Positions 15,251-28,000 of a stretch of 64,000 nucleotides of DNA are shown one piece after another. Position 1 is the first letter of the stretch, and each line of letters begins with the position of its first letter. The position numbers were made by a program, and so were the translations under genes. This DNA is from Azolla caroliniana (taxonomy: Eukaryota > Plantae > Polypodiophyta), in contig JBHGNT010000013.1 of the NCBI GenBank assembly GCA_043228905.1, positions 15,128,001-15,192,000 on the forward strand. The letters run 5' to 3'. The notes below the pieces were generated by a model. The model saw only the letters and a program-made list of their open reading frames with translations. It made no database searches and was not told where the DNA came from.

Positions 15251-15695
15251 ATAGAAAACAGAGGCAGAGTAGGGGAGAGAGAGAAGCCCCCTAGGGATTC
15301 TTCATCGGTGGTTGTTTGTTGTTGTTGGGTGTGTGTGTGTGTGTGTCTCTCTCTCTCTGTCTTTGTGTGTGTGTGTGTGTGTGTGTCTCTCTCTCTCTAG
15401 TGTGTGTTTGTGTGTGTGTGTGTGTCTCTCTCTCTCTAGTGTGTGTTTGTGTGTGTGTGTCTCTGTCTCTCTCTCTCTAGTGTGTGTGTGTGTCTTTCTC
15501 TCTCTAGTGTGTGTTTGTGTGTCTCTGTCTCTCTATCTCTAGTGTGTGTGTGTCTGTGTCTCTCTCTCTCTCTAGTGTGTGTCTGTGTGTCTGTGTCTCT
15601 CTCTCTCTAGTGTGTGTGTGTGTGTCTCTGTCTCTCTCTCTAATATGTGTGTGTGTGACATGTGTGTGTGTGTGTGTCTCTCTCTCTCTCTCTCG
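14918..15695. repeat. compound (GA)n/(GT)n/(CT)n/(TTC)n microsatellite field upstream of KCBP
   Basis: Alternating dinucleotide tracts joined by CTAG spacers; produces the low-complexity ORFs in the track. Confidence 0.93.
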
Positions 15696-18600
15696 TGTAT
15701 AATACATATATGTATATATCGATCGAGGTCTCCCCATGATACCCATCCCCTCGACCGATTTCTCGTACACCTACTACCACCAGAAGACCCATTCGGACAC
15801 TCTTCGTTTTCACCCCCCCCCCCCCCCATCTCCCTCCCTCGAGATGAAGCTTGTGTTTATGCTTCAATGGGTTGTCATTGACGCCCTCTACCCTTCTCAT
15901 ACCACTTAAGTTTCAATTGTGACTCTCGGTTGTTTCAATTGCGACTCTCGGCTAGCTCACTCTCACTCATTGTAAATCTATATGCTTTCATAATTCTACA
16001 GTTTTTGTATTCAAACAATATGGCAATACCCAAAAGACCTTGCTATCTTCACTACTTCATTAGTACCTTTTATGGCGAGGTTAAACCCCCTCTCGTTTGT
16101 TGATAATACTAGATGGCATAAATCTAACTCTTCTGAGACAACACGGTTCCCGTACTAATACAGCACATTTGGGAAAGCTCTCGTATCAACCTTCCTTTCC
16201 GCCTTTGTATTTATTATGGTGCCCCATGAAATCTTCAAAAGCGATTGATGGCCTCGTTGCATTGTGCACGATGTGGTGGATGACCAGAAATGGTCCCACA
16301 CTTATTATGGACTTGCTCATTCACTACAACATTTGTACAAAGACTAAGTGCATGTCTTTCTCACATATTTCCTTGATGAAGGTTTGGGAAGCACTTTTGG
16401 CTATTTGAACAAATTATGTATGCCCTACCCAACAATGCCTATTTTCTCTAATGGACATGATTTTGGGCACTCTAGACCATCTAGACATCCCGCAATAGTA
16501 AGGTCTTTGATCGAAACCAACAACATGAAGTTTGCTTCTTTAACCAATCCATCAGGCAAACTCTATTTCATTGTCTGCAACTTAGAGACATCACACTACA
16601 AATTGGCACTCTTTACTTCGAGTGTTTCTAACCTCTTTAGTGTCTAATCAACACTTGTATACTTCTCTTTATTCTTTGTGGGTTTTTACCTCGTTTTGAG
16701 GTTTCCCAATAGTAATAAATTTGTTACTAAAAAAAAGTGTTGCCCCATGAAACCCATCAAATGAGAACCCATTTCCCATGCTCCAACTATATCACGTCCC
16801 CTAATGCCTACGATAGTCAAATACCACATGGTATGATGAGGTGGGTAGAGCTCCAACATCCAAAAACCCATTCAAGAGGTGACAAAGTATTGCCAATTAA
16901 TGTTACCCAATTTTACAATATAAACACCTTGAATAACTTTAGCAACTACGCTTGCAATGAACTGTTTCTATCATCTTCCTAGATAATTGTAAGAAAATAC
17001 ATGTACCATTTGAAATATGTCTTTGTTTTTAAGCCCTCGCCAACGGCAACCCACTAAACATCGCACATCAAACAAACACCTTTACACAAAATGGAGGATG
17101 AGAATGTCATCCTACATCTAAAGCTCGACACCACCATTTTACACATCAACTAATGTGATATGTATCCAATACCTTCTTCTCTAACCTAGCTTTAATTCTC
17201 TATCTATGACTCAATTATATACGATTCTATGACCATCAATGTTGCATGGGGCAGTTCTAGAGTGGCAATGCAATTATTGAGGCCACAATTGTAAGCATAC
17301 ACGGTGTTGTCATTCTTAAGGTGTCTATCTACTCGATGAGAGAATATCCATTATAATAGTTTGGATATCCAAATGCATGTGAGAACCTCAACATGGTTAC
17401 ATCTCTCACTTGAATTAGATTGATAGGTGTCACTCCATGCAACCATGTTCGAACCTCGTTTGCATTGCTTTACTATATGCCACTCTAGAAATGTACGGGT
17501 TTTAGCAAACGACTTTAGGGTCTACCTTGAACAACCATACCAATGAAACACAATGTTTCTAAAAACCCTCTAAATTTGGCATAATTATAATTGAGATTGA
17601 TGGAAGATAATGTACGTCTCTCTCTCTGTGGCAACTCTTCTTGATCATGTGTATTAACTAGGTCATCAATCATTGTAAAAGTGAGGCAAATGGCTAATTT
17701 GTTGTTTGATATGAATGCAATCTTTGCATGAACTTCTTAGAGTTGTTGGGTTTAGGTTTTAAAGAACAAAGGTTTAGGACTAACCCTTATGTAGACCTTT
17801 GTCATTCATAAGCAAGGCATATCGTGTGTTTTAAGAGTTATGTTACGATATTGATTTCTCGATGTCTCAAGTATCCTCAATGCGAGCATGTAAACGAGCT
17901 CTTGCATAACCTTGTCATAGGAAAGTGAGACAAGTCATAAATAAAAGTCCAACTAGTATAAATTACAATTTATATTGTGCTAACTTCGTAAATGTAAAGT
18001 GTCCATCGTTACAAACTACAATATTCAACGTTGTAACTTGTAACTATGTGAATATAGGAGTCCATTGTTTCCAGTTATGATTTAGCGCCAAGAGCAAGTT
18101 GTTCAACTTGAAAAGTTTATGTCATTGTTAATCTCTACAATACAATAATATGTTACCAACATTAACAGAGAACGATTTATACTCATAACTTACAAGATAT
18201 TTCAATGAAATAGAGTTGGACCTTACAACAAAACACGATAGTAGAAGTTAATCCTCATGTTGTGGTTTAAAAATGTTCACACAATTGAATGCATTGTCAC
18301 CATTGTAGCGAATTATAAATTTTTGTGGGTATTCTCATTTCTTTTGAGTCTTGACCTTAGTAACCAATGCATGCATGCTTTCTCCTTGTATTTTTGTTCT
18401 CTTGACCTACATTATTTGTATTCTCGTTTTGAACTTTTGTCAATTGATGAATCATCGGGATTTGGAATAGTAGCTCTTTTGTTTAAAAATAGGTTATACA
18501 AACTAAAGTAAATGTGCGATTTTTGATGATGCAAATAGAGAACACGATACATTTACTCCATGATCTGGAATGAGCTTATGTCATACGTGAAGACTAATGT

Positions 18601-20596
18601 TTATACTTCGTATACCACAAAAGCATTAATAAAACAAGGCACTTGATGTTGAATCTTAAAAGGGTTGTTTTCCCGTCTTGAATAAGAATGTCATTCAAAG
18701 CAAGTCGTTGTTTGTAGGATATAAAATTTGCATATCACTAAATGATATCAGGTTCAAATTTCACATGAATGCATACAAATGATATCATGATTGGTTTAAA
18801 TGTTTTACTTCATCTTTGTAATTGTAAAAGTGGCAAGAACAAAAAAGAGACAAACATTTTCAAAATAGTAAGCTTTGATGTTAAACGATGGCTTATTCTC
18901 TCTCGCTCTCTAACTTTTGCAATATATGGTTTAGTTTGCATTCTCTTCTATGCTCTGAAATGTGAAAGCAAGGTGCAATATGGCCAACCTACACATTCAT
19001 ATGCATGTATCATCAAAATTTATTGTTTTGTTGCTTAATATAGTTCTATAACAATAAATTTTAACACCTTTGGTAGAATTCATGTAAAGCCCGCTCCCCA
19101 ATTTACCATGACCTAAAGAAAATGGGAGAGCCAAATTTTGGTAGAACCTTCACCAGAAATTTCCATGAACCAAGCATCTTACTAGGGAACAACACACTTA
19201 TCAAAAACAATATCACAAGAGAATTGTTAATATGCTAAACAAGAGGATTAATTTTATATCACTAGTACTTTTATCCTAACCTAGGCTTTTATAATCGAAT
19301 ATACATGGAAGGACATACTCCACCTCATCTTGATTAATCTCCTCTCTGAAGGTCAACATAACTCAATGTCTACCGCCCCACCTACTCCTTAATTAGTGGT
19401 AAGAATATTGACAATTCTTGTCTCATCCCAATCATCAAGCAAGCATTTTCAAACCTAAAAGAGCTATGAAATGTTGAATGTAACTATAAATAATTTAGGG
19501 ATCAATGCTCAAATTCCCATCGATCTTTAGATGTCCACAAATTGTCCAGTATATAAGGCATATAACTCATGGAAGAATTGACCGGGTTTGGAAATTATGA
19601 TCATGTAATTCCTACATCATGATTCATGCCTATGAACCAACATTATTGGTAATTATGCAACTCAAAGTATTGTAGAGAAATGGTGTGATCTACATATAGC
19701 CAATGACATGTCGTATATGGGATGAACACCAACAATGCATTACATTCGACTACTAGTTGTTGGATGAGTCTAGCTTCAAGTTTGCACATCGATCTATTAG
19801 AAATTGAATATCAGAGAGACAAATATCCCATACAATAACATTGTGACCTATACATTTGTCTTGTAAACTCACCCATTGATTCTTTTTTGGGTGAAAACAT
19901 ACAATTATATTAATCAATTTGTGTGCACACTACAATGTTACCACAATTGTGTTCTCCCACCAACTCTCTTTGTTTCTGCTCCCCCTATTGTAATGATAAC
20001 CCATGTTTTTATTAACTCTATGGACTTTAAAGTTTAATCCCTACCATGTATTGTTCATTAGAACACATTGCATGACATTGTGGTCTAAGTTGATATCAAC
20101 TCAGATGCATATCTCTCTCTTCATCATGAATCAATGACTTGATCTCGATCATATTATGCAATTGGCTATTATGTCCAATAAAATGACACAAGATGCATCT
20201 ATGAGTGCATATGCATAAGTATGTGTGAGCTCATACATGAAATATGAAATGTTAATGTTGTCATTACAAATGTAATACGTGCATATGCATACACATATGT
20301 CTAGATGACAATAAGTTGATTGTCACATCTCATGTGGTAATCCAATATAATTTAGAAATGTATTATATTCATAAATTTGCATGATGAGAATGGGGAAAAA
20401 CATGTAACTATCTAATCTCACTTGGACGACACAACCTCCAATACACCACTATAGGTGTTGAATTTTACCTTAAAGCCATCAAAACTTTTAAATTTACTAT
20501 AACACCTACCATTCATTTTCTAACAAATTCGCATGATTAAGTAGCAAACCAATAACAAACAAATGTATTTTAACATCCATTAATTCGATTTTTTTT

Positions 20597-20815
20597 GTCA
20601 AAACATAATTTTAACCAACAATAACATAATTACCATGTTATATTGACATATTCTCATGCTAATACTACTCTTACTTATGTTGGTAAGAACTAAAAATAGG
20701 CATGAATCAAAAACATAATTTAAAATAATAATAACAGAATTAACATGTTATCTTGGCATATTCTCAGACTAATACTACTCTTGGTTTTACATATGTTGGT
20801 AAGAACCAGAAATAG
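20597..20815. repeat. degenerate two-copy direct repeat (about 110 bp)
   Basis: CAAAACATAATTT...CATATTCTCA..CTAATACTACTCTT..TATGTTGGTAAGAAC occurs twice in tandem. Confidence 0.7.
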
Positions 20816-21525
20816 GTGTGGATAAATGGGTACTCAATTAAGCTATTTTGGTTATTACCTAATCATTTGCAATAATTTGGCACGTCATGAGGTAATTCAT
20901 GTAAAAAGGGAAGGTAAATCCAACCATCACATTATTTTCCCTAAACCTAACCAAGCTTTCAATATTTATTTGATAAATGTATGTCCAAGTGTTGATAAAT
21001 TATATGACATGATTGGTGGCAAAGTGTTACGTGTACCAGAACAAATGTGAGAATGATGCCCAACCTATCGAATACATAGAATCTAGCTTATATCGTTCCA
21101 TCACTAGGTGGCAATCATTTTGTCAAGTTTAACACGTGTATGCATTGAATATTTAGTTAGTGAAAACCAAAACCTTCAAACTAAAGACAACTCCCCAATG
21201 TATGTACAACTTTTTACTAAGAAAGAAAAGGGTACGAATATACAATGGAGTGTAAATGGCTGAAAGACAAGGTGCTTCCACTAGATATTGTGTGTTCTTT
21301 TCGGTTCATCACTATTATATATGGAAATTGTGGTATGTCTCTATTCACCTTTTGTTTTTGTGTACTCTACTAATTAAGTAATTAGCATGCATAGAATCAT
21401 TCCGTCAAATTGCTTGCAAATATAAGGGGATATCTATCGAGAGTTACCAAGTAGTTGGTATATTAGTTGTCGGCATGTGCAACGTTACATGTGAGATTAA
21501 TAAGTACACTTTAACAATCATGACA

Positions 21526-21625
21526 NNNNNNNNNNNNNNNNNNNNNNNNNNNNNNNNNNNNNNNNNNNNNNNNNNNNNNNNNNNNNNNNNNNNNNNNNNN
21601 NNNNNNNNNNNNNNNNNNNNNNNNN
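21526..21625. other. assembly gap (100 N)
   Basis: Exactly 100 Ns, the usual placeholder for a gap of unknown size. Confidence 0.99.
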
Positions 21626-21735
21626 GCCTTTATAAAGAGGGACTTTCTCCTCACGTAAATAGAAGAGATCTCTGTATTTTTCTCCCTCCTACCAATGTAT
21701 ATTATTGAACAAATGTGCTTTCTCATATTTCTTTA
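21626..21735 (+). repeat. 5' LTR (3' part only; remainder lies in the gap)
   Basis: Matches 42848-42958 except for 2 substitutions and the missing terminal CA. Confidence 0.9.
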
Positions 21736-21747
21736 TGGTATCAGAGC
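21736..21747 (+). promoter_or_regulatory. primer binding site (tRNA-iMet)
   Basis: TGGTATCAGAGC immediately after the 5' LTR. Confidence 0.92.
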
Positions 21748-21959
21748 ATAGATCTGCCCCTCTGCAAAACCCTAGATCTGTCCTCTACAGAACCCTAGAT
21801 CTACCCTCTGCAAAACCCTAGATCTACCCTTCTGCTGGTATGACAATGATTGGAACAACACTGTGCTAGCATTCAAGAGAGGAAAGGGGGATTTTTTTTG
21901 GTTTCAATTGGGATGACATTGCTATGTGATTGAGAGGTGACTTGGGAAAAAGTCAAAAG

Positions 21960-23498
21960 ATGAAAGTAGAGATAGGCCAACTTGACAAGATGGATGATGT
22001 GTTCTCAAAATTGAACGAAGATGAGGTGAAAACATTGGTGAAATACATGAAACAGGCTGAGATTGTAGCATCTGGAGGTGTGACAGGAATACAACCACCA
22101 CCCCGATTTGAACTCCTCCCAGTTGAGTTCAAACTCGATGGACCAACCACAAACTTGAGCTGGTCGCGTCGGATTATAGGTGCCTTGGCAGGGAGAAGCC
22201 TTGATGGCTACCTTACGGGAGAAGAGAAAGAGCCTCCTATCAAAACGAGCAATGAATGGAAAGCATGGAGAGCTACCCACATGTCATTGTACACGTGGCT
22301 TCTCAACTCCATGATTCCATCAATCGCCACAGCAGTTGATGGAATTTTAAGTGTGAAGGAGATATGGGAGAAATTGCAAAAGACGTATGCAGGGAGGGGA
22401 AACAACATGAGAGTATTTCAAATCGAGCAGGAGATAGATGTTGTTTGCTAGGGAGATAGGATGATTCAGGAATATGCCATAGAGCTGGAGCGCCTATGGG
22501 AAGAATACGATCATTTCTCGCCTGTGACAGTGTGCAATGATCCTCAATGTAAGAGCAAGGAAATTTCTGCTCAAAGAAGAACTATGCAATTTTTGAAACA
22601 TCTCAACCCGTCACTTGATCAAAGAAGGGCAATTCTTCTAGCCAAGGCTGAAATTCCTACACTTGATGAGGCAATCGTGACTATGATACAAGAGGAGAGT
22701 AGAATGAAGCTGCTCTCTGACACTACCGGACTTCTAGGGGAGCGATCGGCACTAATGGTGTCAAATTCAAGCGGAAGTGAAAATTGAAAATGCTACAATT
22801 GTGGTGAAGCTGGTCATTTCAAGAATGCTTGCCCTAAACCATCTAAGGAGAGAGAATATGGAGGACGTGGACAAACTAGAGGTCGTGGTCGAGGGGGCCG
22901 AAGAGGTGCAAGAGGAGGTTACCAAGCAAACTTGATGGTAGCAAAAGAAGAGGAAGGAACTAAGGTGGTGTTCACCGAAGAGAATCAAGCTCTCTTAGAA
23001 ATACTTAGGAGGAAGCAAAGAGCCGCAGATGATACTTCATTCATGTCAAGAGGTAACACTGCCACCTATGCTTATTCGGCCACAAGTACTAGCAACACAA
23101 ATACTCTTGCCTCTGCACCAGAATGGATAATTGATTCTGGTGCATCTAGGCATGTGATGGGTAATGCTAGTGAATTCTCCTCGTATACTCACTTAGCAAT
23201 GCCAGAAAGCATTCAAATTGCTGATGATGTTACACAACTTGTAGTGGGTATAGGTACAATAAAATGTACCAACTCTGTGACATTGTCTAATGTGTTGCAT
23301 GCTCCTTCTTTCCCAGTAAACTTATTATCTATAAGTTCTATCATACACCAACTAAAATGTGTTGTTTCTTTTGATATTCCCAAGGTGATATTCCAGGAGA
23401 AAGGGACAGGTCGGAGACTTGGGACTGGCACATGGCATAGTGGACTATGGTATTTGGATCGTGAAGGGCTGGATTCAGCATTAGCAACTATGGTAGAG
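21960..23498 (+). pseudogene. copia gag-protease part of the polyprotein (premature stops)
   Basis: ORFs 21930-22451, 22461-22787 and 22932 onward; WLLNSM, CCHC knuckle, WIIDSGAS, LSNVLHAPSFPVNLLSIS. Confidence 0.9.
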
Positions 23499-23525
23499 GG
23501 GTCGAAGCATGCTACGGTGTACCAA
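23499..23525 (+). repeat. left terminal inverted repeat (27 bp)
   Basis: Reverse complement of 39768-39794 at 25/27 identity; patchy similarity continues inward (TTTTGGCCA..AAAATT..AGTACT). Confidence 0.95.
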
Positions 23526-23772
23526 CTTTTGGCCAAAAATTTAGTACTAAATCGAAGAAGAAAATAAACATTAAAAATTGTAAATAAGTTTCAAAAAACA
23601 AAAAACAAATTCATTACGTCACACTCGAATGCACAAAGATATTGTACGTCACACTCGAAATGTCCCTAGGCCATATTTAATACATTAATTGTTGCCCCAG
23701 TCTCCTAGGTAGAGTTGTACGAAAGCACACCTGGAGAAGGTATCCATTGTGACAGTTGGTCAGTCTCAGTAT

Positions 23773-23834
23773 CTCTCTCTCTCTCTCTCTCTGGTATGGG
23801 TAGTCGAACGTGTCAATTGGTATGTCTCTCTCTC

Positions 23835-23913
<79 letters not shown>
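23773..23913. repeat. (CT)n microsatellites upstream of the accessory gene
   Basis: Long CT tracts. Confidence 0.9.
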
Positions 23914-23916
<3 letters not shown>

Positions 23917-24208
23917 GTCTCGAAGTTGTCAGACAGACAGTGGCAGAAAGTTAAAGAAAGACGACATATATATTACAGGTCTATCTCTCTGTTTCTTTCT
24001 TTCACTCCACCTTCGATTCTTTCTGTTTTTTTTCTTTCAAAGCTCTGTTTCTTTCTTTCTTTCTGTTTCTCTCTCTCACTCCACCTTCGATGCTCTGTTT
24101 CCCCGCGTAGCTGTTCTTGTGTTCCCCTCTGTGCCAGGTTCGATCTCTGAACGCAGAGATTTTTGTTTCCCCTGCTCGTTGTATGTGTTGTTGATTTTCC
24201 TTCCTTGT

Positions 24209-24500
24209 GTATGCTCGTTTGTTTCCTCTGTCTATGCTCGTTTGTCTCCTCTGCAGCAGCCTCGTTTGTCGAAATCAACACGGTCTGGTACCTCTGCAAG
24301 TTGTACAACCTCCAGGTATTCTCTGTGTTGCATGCCCAATACTCAATGTTTTCTTTTTCTGAATGTTTCCTGTCTGTCTGTATGCTCGTTTGTTTCCTCT
24401 GTCTATGCTCGTTTGTCTCCTCTGCAGCAGCCTCGTTTGTCGAAATCAACACGGTCTGGTACCTCTGCAAGTTGTACAACCTCCAGGTATTCTCTGTGTT
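24209..24500 (+). repeat. two-copy duplication (period 171 bp) of a probable 5' UTR exon plus donor site
   Basis: Block of about 120 bp, GTATGCTCGTTTG...CCTCCAG|GTATTC, repeated at 24209 and 24380. Confidence 0.8.
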
Positions 24501-24589
24501 TTTGTTTTCTCTGTGTTTCTCTGTGTTCCTTTTAAAAATGTATGAAAATATTTTGATCGAGGTGGTTGTGTGTTAGACATGTTTGTACA

Positions 24590-24995
24590 TGCAACGTAAA
24601 TGGAGTTGGCTATGATGAGTTGCTATGTTTTCGTTTTGTTCTTGTTTCTTGTCCATCTGTTTTATTTTGTGTGAGTTTGACATGGATGAGTGTTTTTCCG
24701 ACTATTTTGGGTTTTTGTGTGTTTGACATGGCTTGTACGTGGGATGTGATGGAGTTGGCTATGATGATTTACAATGTTTTCGTTGGCTTGTGATGGAGTT
24801 GGCTTGTGTGTTTTACGATGTGATGGAGTTGGCTTGTACATGCGATGCGATGATTTACAATGATTTACAATGATGGAGTTGGCTATGATGATTTACAATG
24901 ATGGAGTTGGCTATGATGATTTACAATGGATTTTTTTTCCGACTATTTAGGGTTATTGTGTGTTTGACATGGTTTGTACATGCAATGAGATGATT
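24590..24995. repeat. degenerate GATGGAGTTGGCT(ATGATGATTTACAAT) minisatellite in a probable UTR intron
   Basis: Multiple copies of GATGGAGTTGGCT and GATGATTTACAAT. Confidence 0.8.
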
Positions 24996-25076
24996 TGCTA
25001 TGTGTTGATGGTAATTGCTTGAGTTTTCTTCTAGTACATGCATATTCATTCCCTGAGAATTGTGTTGACTAGGACA

Positions 25077-28000
25077 ATGACGAGAAGGACACCCATAAAG
25101 AAGACATTGATGAAAGAGAAAGTGAAGACACCAGTGAAGGAAGGAAGAAGGACACCCATGAAAGAAAGCAAGAAGACACCCACAAGAGAAAGGGTGATGA
25201 ATTCATCAACACAGAGAAAGAAGATGTACCACTCCATCAGTCGAGACACACCTCTTGGATGGAATTATTTCCTTCGAGCACGACCTGACGTGTATCCAGA
25301 GCTGAGAGAGTGGTTGTTGAAAACCTGGGGGTCAGCACATCCCGACACAAGGCGAGGATTCCACATAAGTGGTTTGAAGAGGGAATACATGAATTTATTG
25401 AAGACGAGATACGAACATGTTTATGATACAAATCAAATCACTAACAATGAGGTGGGTACTGTTTTTGCACGTGCTTTTGCATGTGAAGTTCAAGGTGGCA
25501 TTGACGTAAATTGGGAAGATTTTAATCGGCACCGGTCAGAACATTACAAAGGGTCCTCCAGTACCAACACTGGCTTGAAGTCATCTGGAACCTCTCATGT
25601 GGATATTCTAGCTATAACACCTATCCACCAAGTTCTAGAGGCAAAGGTACGGGCCACAATGACTGAAAAGCATGAACAGATGATGGCCGGTTGCATAGCT
25701 TCTATGAGCTCAAGAATACAAACACTACTTGCTGATTTGGAAGCAGTTAAATCAGCTGAGATACAGGCAGAAAAGAAATTTTCTTCAATAAAAACTACAT
25801 ATGAATGGATTGCATCGACAATCCAAAATTCAGAAAGTGAGGTCTTGAAAGAGGAGTTGAAGAAAGAGCTAAACAATATGGGCACTCAATTAGGTTCACA
25901 GATGAGAGACCTTGATACTTGCAGGAATGCACATGAAGAAATAGATAATAAGTTGTCAGCCTTAAAGTTGCATTCTGAGAACCTTGCATGCTTGATGCAG
26001 GATTTAAAACAAAATGGTTTTGATACTTTGTGTCCATCTGTAATTGAGCACCCAAGTGGTATAGAAAGTACCATTATTAGTATAGCTATATCACGGTATT
26101 GGCTTTACAAGTTATTTATTTCTACTTCTTTGGTATAAATAAGTGAGCAACTAATATATTATAACTTGTGTTTGCAATCTTCCAGGTGTATATTTTGTGG
26201 CCTTGGATTCAAGCTGGAGGCTATGGATGTTGTGATTACACCATGCTTGCACACATATCATGTGCTATGTGCTAAGTATCATTTTGAGAAAGAGAATACA
26301 TGTATGGACTGTAAAACTACAATTGCGGCTGAGTGGTACTATGCTTGGGGTTTAAAAGTACACCCGTACGGTATGTGGCTCTACTATTCTATTGTTTGTA
26401 TTATATGATGTCAATTAACATTTGGACTAGAACTAGTGTATGCCACAATTCATACTTCAAATTTAGTGTAATCTCTAACAACTATTATGTGGAACCCTAA
26501 TTATGTGGGTTAGTATTGGCAGTACTCTTAATATATAATTGGTATGTGTAGTTGAAGGGATATTTTCCACAATTAGTAGTACTAAAAGGGAACCAGGTAC
26601 AACATCGTCCAATCTATATTGCAACTTGCCTAGTATTAGTTTAGTAAACACTGTACTTATAGTACACTGTTGACTGTTAAGATTGTTTGTGTAACTTGGG
26701 AATTAGTACTAGTAATGTAATTTGGGAACAAGGTGTATAGTAAATTGTTGAATAATAGTACAATTATTGTAATTTGGAAATGAGGTGTGTCAAACACATA
26801 TCACGTTTAGTACTAATACTGTTCAAGATTAATACTGTTGGTGTAATTAGTACAAGTTATGTAACTAGGTGTGTAGAAGACATATCATGTTTAGTATTAC
26901 TTGTGTGCAAAATACCAATCTACATTTGTTGGATTAGTACTTAGTAAGTACTCCATGCTTCATGAATAGTACTAGTTCTGTACTTTGTGAACTAAGTTAC
27001 TAGTACATTGCTCATGATTAATACTAGTTTTGTAATTTGGGAACTGAGTAGTACTTTGTTCCTTATTAGTACTAGTTTTGTACCTTATTAGTACTAGATC
27101 AGTAATCTAGAAAATAAGTGAGTAGTACGAAATGAGGATTAGTACTAATTGTGTAATTTGACTAAGTCAGTGGTACATTGTTGAGTAGTACATTGTTCAG
27201 GATTAGTACTAATTGTGTAATTTGACTAAGTCAGTGGTACAATGTTCGGGATTAGTACTCCTTGTGTAATTTGCTAACTAAGTGAGTAGTATATTGTGCA
27301 TGATTAGTACTACTTGTGTAAATTGGGAACTAAGTGAGCATTACGTTGTTCGGGATTAGTACTCCTTGTGTAATTAGGTAACTAAGTGAGTAGTATATTG
27401 TGCATGATTAGTACTACTTGTGTAAATTGGGAACTAAGTGAGCAGTACATTGTTCGGGATTAGTACTCCTTGTGTAATTTGCTAACTAAGTGAGTAGTAT
27501 ATTGTGCATGATTAGTACTACTTGTGTAAATTGGGAACTAAGTGAGCATTACGTTGTTCGGCATTAGTACTCCTTGTGTAATTTGCTAACTAAGTAAGTA
27601 GTATATTGTGCATGATTAGTACTACTTGTGTAAATTGGGAACTAAGTGAGCATTACGTTGTTCGGGATTAGTACTAGTTCAGTGATTTAGGAAATAAGTG
27701 AGTAGTACATTGTTCAAGATTAGTACTACTTATTAATTTGACTTAGTCAGTGGTACATTTTTCGGGATTAGTACTTGTGTAATTTGGTAACTAAGTGAGT
27801 AGTATATTGTGCCTGATTAGTACTACTTGTGTATGTTGTGCATGATTAGTACTAATCGTGTAAATTGGGAACTAAGTGAGCAGTACAGTGTTCCTTATTA
27901 GTACTAGTTCAATAATTTAGGAACTATGTGAGTAGTACATTGTTCATGACTGGTACATTGTGTAAAATGGGAAGCAGCTCTTGTGACCTACATTATATAT

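Noticed and set aside
14618-15900. Poly-Lys and ER/CV/LS-repeat ORFs
   Set aside because: Translations of microsatellites
16000-21500. Probable highly decayed TE remnants
   Set aside because: No diagnostic motifs or termini could be read with confidence
23715-24576. Overlapping 130-240 aa ORFs
   Set aside because: Produced by CT tracts and the 171-bp duplication; low complexity with no domain
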